IMG/VR virus record: IMGVR_UViG_3300044611_001480
Direction: 5' to 3' (one strand)
Source: an uncultured virus (IMG/VR IMGVR_UViG_3300044611_001480)
Taxonomy: Duplodnaviria; Heunggongvirae; Uroviricota; Caudoviricetes
DNA: 20,000 nucleotides
Shown here: piece by piece, positions 17,403 to 20,000 of the stretch
How the letters are laid out: each line of letters begins with the position of its first letter
Numbering within the stretch: the first letter of the stretch is position 1
Notes under the pieces: generated by a model
Told to the model about the DNA's origin: nothing
Seen by the model: the letters and a program-made list of their open reading frames with translations, nothing else
The model's database searches: none
Translations under genes and position numbers: made by a program

Positions 17403-19538
17403 AATTTTATAAGTTCCTATAGGAGTTTGAATTGATATTCTACTTGTAGATGTATTTGAAGCAGAGTAAGTTGTAATATTTGAAGACGAAACGACTGCTT
17501 TTAATGCATCAAATATTACGTTTCCAGATTCAATTCGGAGATTTGGTGATGCAGATATTGTATCCAATCCCTCCAAAGTTGCAGTAAATGGAGGAGAAGT
17601 ATCTGTTGGTGGACAGCAAAGTTGTCTATCGTCAGATTCACCAGTGACTGTAAAGTTTGCTCCTGCAACCAAAGCACGAGTTGTGGGAGTATTGATAACT
17701 ACACTTCCTGCTGGTGGAGCACCATTAACAGTTGTTCCGCTAGCAAAATAGAATCCCTGAACAGACCATCCATTAGAAACTCCTGTGCTATCTACAACGG
17801 GAATTGTAGTAGATCCTATTGGAGTATCGGCAGAAACAGTTAGACATTTTGTAATTGTTCTATTGCAGAATGAATTCAAACTTTCATTAACAAGACCACG
17901 AGATTGATAAACATAATAAGTCGATGCTCCTAATGTTTGAGATGGATCAATTGTAAAGGTTGATGTGCTACTAGTAGTTGTGATTCCAGTATATGCTTGT
18001 GTAGTTGCACCAATCAAAATCATTCCAGATTTAAGATCAGTAGTAGATCCACTAGATAAAGTAAAAGTTGTTGCAGATGCAGAACCTTCTATTTTTTTTA
18101 CAAATCCACGATGATCAATAAATGTTAAACTTGTAGAACCAGAAGCAGTTGCTAACGTATCAATTATAATACCAGTATTGATTAAAATTTGATTAATTCT
18201 TGTATTTTCTGGAATGCCTGTGCCAACAATATAATTACCTACTTCTAAATTTGTTGTATTTGATAGATTTATAACATTTGTGTTAATTGTTGTTGTTCCA
18301 GTAATCGTATTTTTTGTAATATTTGCTAAAGTTGTTTTTGGTTGATATTTGATATCAACTTTTTTTAAAGATTTAACTTTTACATAATTATTTGATAATA
18401 TTCCACCAATAGTTCCACCACCAAATCTTATAGAATTGTCTATAAAAATTGAAAACTCTCCTTTTGCAGCATCACTAAAATCATAATCCAAAGAATATAA
18501 ATTAGTATATCGTAAATCAATAATACCACCAGTTGGAGCAGTATAATCAAAATTTATATTTCTTTGTAGCCCTATTGCATCAACACTACTTGGAATATAA
18601 TATCTTACCCTAATTCTATATCTTTGTTGTGCATTTAAGATATATGTAGAATAAGATATTGCAGTATCTTGCCCAATAGTTTTAAAGAAAGTTTTATTTT
18701 CATTGGTAAAAGATGCAGTTACTGCATTTCCTGATGGAGGAGTAAGACCAACAATACCTGTATTTCTATCAATAGATGCAACTACAGTACCAGTATTGAT
18801 TCCAACACCAGAAATACTTTGTCCAACACCAACATATTTTGCATCATTTGCTGTTGTTAAAATGATTTGATTTGAATTTAAGGTTCCAGATGCAGATAAT
18901 GAAGTAGTTAACCCAATTCTATTAACTTCTGTGTATGTTCCAACTCCACTGACATAACCTTGTGTTTCAAAATCAAAAGTAAAACAAGCACTACTATTAA
19001 TATAAAAATTATGCACTCCACTCTGTGTTGGAATAAAATATCCTTCCCATTGAACGCCACCATTTACATCAACACTTTCTGGAGTAATTTTTTCACTATA
19101 TGAAAAGTTTCCATTTTCCCAAAAATTATCAGTTTTGAATGGTATTCCGGAAAAAATTCCCACAGTATTTTCAAATACTTGATCGGAATTAAAATAACTT
19201 GCTGATAATCCGTTTCCGCCTCTAAATCTTGGATCTCCAGAAAATGTTTTGAATCTATCTAAACGATTTTGATATGTTATTCTTGGAGTAAATGCTATAT
19301 TGATTCCAGAATTATTTGTAAATTGAACTGCACTTCCTGTAATTTGCGAATAACCAACATTATCTAAACCAGCAGAATATATTCCCCTAATACAATCCAA
19401 ATCTTCGCTAATGAAAGTGCTTTGATTATCATCAACTAACGTATCTAAAAGATTATTTAATGCTTCGGTTGAATTTGATAAATCACTAAAATTTTTATCT
19501 CTTCTCAACCCAACTCTTTTGAATATCTTTCTAGTCAT
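17391..19538 (-). CDS. PA14-like domain-containing structural protein (715 aa); candidate glycan-binding fibre
   Basis: GNGLSASYFN...VQWEGYFIPTQSGVHNFYINS...LNAQQRYRIRVRYY matches the PA14 pattern. Repeats of the VGxxIxGxGIPxxTxI type follow. N-terminus is GLRRDKNFSDLSNSTEALNNL. Has its own late promoter upstream. Confidence 0.8.
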   Translation of the reverse strand: MTRKIFKRVGLRRDKNFSDLSNSTEALNNLLDTLVDDNQSTFISEDLDCIRGIYSAGLDNVGYSQITGSAVQFTNNSGINIAFTPRITYQNRLDRFKTFSGDPRFRGGNGLSASYFNSDQVFENTVGIFSGIPFKTDNFWENGNFSYSEKITPESVDVNGGVQWEGYFIPTQSGVHNFYINSSACFTFDFETQGYVSGVGTYTEVNRIGLTTSLSASGTLNSNQIILTTANDAKYVGVGQSISGVGINTGTVVASIDRNTGIVGLTPPSGNAVTASFTNENKTFFKTIGQDTAISYSTYILNAQQRYRIRVRYYIPSSVDAIGLQRNINFDYTAPTGGIIDLRYTNLYSLDYDFSDAAKGEFSIFIDNSIRFGGGTIGGILSNNYVKVKSLKKVDIKYQPKTTLANITKNTITGTTTINTNVINLSNTTNLEVGNYIVGTGIPENTRINQILINTGIIIDTLATASGSTSLTFIDHRGFVKKIEGSASATTFTLSSGSTTDLKSGMILIGATTQAYTGITTTSSTSTFTIDPSQTLGASTYYVYQSRGLVNESLNSFCNRTITKCLTVSADTPIGSTTIPVVDSTGVSNGWSVQGFYFASGTTVNGAPPAGSVVINTPTTRALVAGANFTVTGESDDRQLCCPPTDTSPPFTATLEGLDTISASPNLRIESGNVIFDALKAVVSSSNITTYSASNTSTSRISIQTPIGTYKILCA

Positions 19539-19540
19539 TT

Positions 19541-19569
19541 TTGACTTTTTTTATTATTTAGTTTAAAAT
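19541..19569 (+). promoter_or_regulatory. sigma70-type (host/early) promoter TTGACT-N17-TAAAAT
   Basis: -35 TTGACT at 19541-19546, exactly 17 nt spacer, -10 TAAAAT at 19564-19569. Both are 5/6 matches to consensus and lie just upstream of the small ORF. Confidence 0.6.
19555..19562 (-). promoter_or_regulatory. T4-type late promoter variant (ACTAAATA) for the minus-strand PA14 gene
   Basis: + strand TATTTAGT is ACTAAATA on the minus strand, 16 nt upstream of the ATG at 19538 and followed by an A-rich leader. The spacing resembles the promoter at 13463. Confidence 0.6.
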
Positions 19570-19600
19570 ATATAGTGTGTATAAAATTTAAATGACACTT

Positions 19601-19768
19601 ATGGATTCGCAGAAAATGTTCGAAGATTTGACCAAACAAGCAGAAGTTCTCAAAAAAGATTTGATTGATTTAGAACAACAATTTAATATTAAAAAAGAGC
19701 AATTCATTCGCATTCAAGGAGCACTCGAAGCATTGAGTTTAGTCAATCAAAAAGAGACAGAAGAATAA
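19601..19768 (+). CDS. Small coiled-coil protein (55 aa; alternative in-frame ATG at 19592 gives 58 aa), possible fibre assembly chaperone
   Basis: Manually translated: MDSQKMFEDLTKQAEVLKKDLIDLEQQFNIKKEQFIRIQGALEALSLVNQKETEE*. Heptad pattern, QGALEAL motif and acidic tail. Bracketed by a promoter and a hairpin. Shorter than any ORF in the supplied track. Confidence 0.8.
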   Translation: MDSQKMFEDLTKQAEVLKKDLIDLEQQFNIKKEQFIRIQGALEALSLVNQKETEE

Positions 19769-19769
19769 G

Positions 19770-19777
19770 GATAAATA
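19770..19777 (+). promoter_or_regulatory. T4-type late promoter (GATAAATA) for the downstream tail fibre gene
   Basis: NATAAATA match 1 nt after the small ORF's stop and 49 nt before ATG 19827. Confidence 0.6.
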
Positions 19778-19805
19778 AAAGAAGACTTACATAAGTCTTC
19801 TTTTT
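19777..19805. terminator. Rho-independent terminator-like hairpin, potentially bidirectional
   Basis: Perfect 13-bp inverted repeat AAAAGAAGACTTA-CA-TAAGTCTTCTTTT. It ends in a T5 run on the + strand and TTTTATTT on the - strand. Confidence 0.65.
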
Positions 19806-19826
19806 GGTACATACCGAATGTAATAA

Positions 19827-20000
19827 ATGTCAACTCCTATTAGAATTAAAAACTCTCCAGTTCCTGGAAAAAGACCTACAGCATCTCAATTACTATCTGC
19901 AGAACTTTCATATAACACATATGATGCGGAGTTGTATGCCAAGAGGGAAAGGAGCGGAATTGGAACCGATATCATTCGCATCGGTGCAGGAGCAACAGTT
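19827..20000 (+). CDS. Tail fibre protein, N-terminal fragment (T4 gp37-like N-terminal motif), 3'-truncated
   Basis: Manually translated: MSTPIRIKNSPVPGKRPTASQLLSAELSYNTYDAELYAKRERSGIGTDIIRIGAGATV, open to the window end. It follows the pattern of the T4 gp37 N-terminus (IQFKRS..AG.RPAASVLAEGELAINLKD..IFTK). Confidence 0.8.
   Translation, partial: MSTPIRIKNSPVPGKRPTASQLLSAELSYNTYDAELYAKRERSGIGTDIIRIGAGATV

Noticed and set aside
1284..17843. Short 60-98 aa ORFs in alternative frames or on the antisense strand
   Set aside because: All lie within or almost entirely overlap long genuine genes, have no recognisable motifs or evident expression signals, and look like shadow ORFs.
17391..19570. 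Invertible (Gin/Cin-type) tail-fibre cassette
   Set aside because: No flanking inverted repeats or recombinase were seen, and the 12-nt coding overlap at the left boundary argues against active flipping.
1..20000. CRISPR array, tRNA/rRNA, IS element, intron or intein
   Set aside because: Almost all sequence is continuous coding. I saw no regularly spaced DNA repeats, cloverleafs, transposase, homing endonuclease or intein terminal motifs.

Overview
AT-rich (roughly one-third GC by eye), very densely coded window that reads as the tail/baseplate adsorption module of a large T4-like myovirus, most like the cyanophage (Kyanoviridae-type) lineages. The assignment rests on motif recognition, not a database search. 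Left to right it holds: (1) a >2200-aa structural protein, open from the left edge, with two pectin-lyase-like beta-helix regions and several beta-sandwich repeats; (2) two tandem paralogous 'RYQPG' proteins (1054 and 1229 aa); (3) a small tail-collar protein with its own late promoter; (4) three proteins (819, 308, 715 aa) sharing a cryptic core, one carrying a Tyr-rich plant-type LRR array and one, on the opposite strand, a PA14-like domain; (5) a 55-aa coiled-coil ORF missed by the ORF track; (6) the start of a T4 gp37-like tail fibre, also missed. The 290 bp between the last two large genes pack a sigma70-type promoter, two divergent T4-type late promoters, a terminator-like hairpin and a second hairpin with the same TACATA centre. 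I saw no RNA genes, CRISPR array, mobile element or reverse transcriptase.
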